NCBI GenBank assembly: GCA_964014485.1
Contig: CAXHAT010000181.1
Coordinates: forward strand, 1 to 15,821
Reading direction: 5' to 3'
Length of the DNA: 15,821 nucleotides
DNA from: an uncultured Deferribacteres bacterium
GTDB lineage: Bacteria; Zhuqueibacterota; Zhuqueibacteria; Zhuqueibacterales; Geothermadaptataceae
The notes below the pieces were generated by a model that saw only the letters and a list, made by a program, of their open reading frames with translations, was not told where the DNA came from and ran no database searches. This document shows positions 15,774 through 15,821 of the stretch, piece after piece (the stretch's first letter is position 1; every line of letters begins with the position of its first letter). The position numbers and the translations under genes are program-made.

Positions 15774-15821
15774 TAAACTTTGCTCCAAGACTCAGCATGT
15801 GCGCTGCCGCGCGTAACATGA

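Overview
Bacterial, probably metagenomic, contig end. The gene style (FlgD-Ig/T9SS-type C-terminal sorting domain, long LptF, Tat-signal Gfo/Idh/MocA enzyme) suggests an FCB-group lineage such as KSB1 or Calditrichota; this is inference only. Bases 1-44 are Illumina Nextera adapter, not genome. The left half (minus strand) holds a frameshifted CHAT caspase-like protease, a Tat-exported Gfo/Idh/MocA oxidoreductase, an accessory cassette and a nucleoside:H+ symporter. The cassette runs: sigma70 promoter, 13-bp tandem repeat, single-repeat TolB-like mini-lipoprotein, full TolB-like lipoprotein, strong SD with a 4-codon ORF and hairpin, then an S8 protease-FN3-sorting-domain gene broken by two frameshifts. 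The right half (plus strand) is envelope housekeeping: CBM-like lipoprotein, lptF, lptG, lgt, a zinc-ribbon CcmI-like gene, ccmA, ccmB, ccmC. Many intergenic gaps carry REP/REPIN-like inverted doublets from about five different families, some with compensatory stem changes. No rRNA, tRNA, CRISPR array, transposase or reverse transcriptase was seen.
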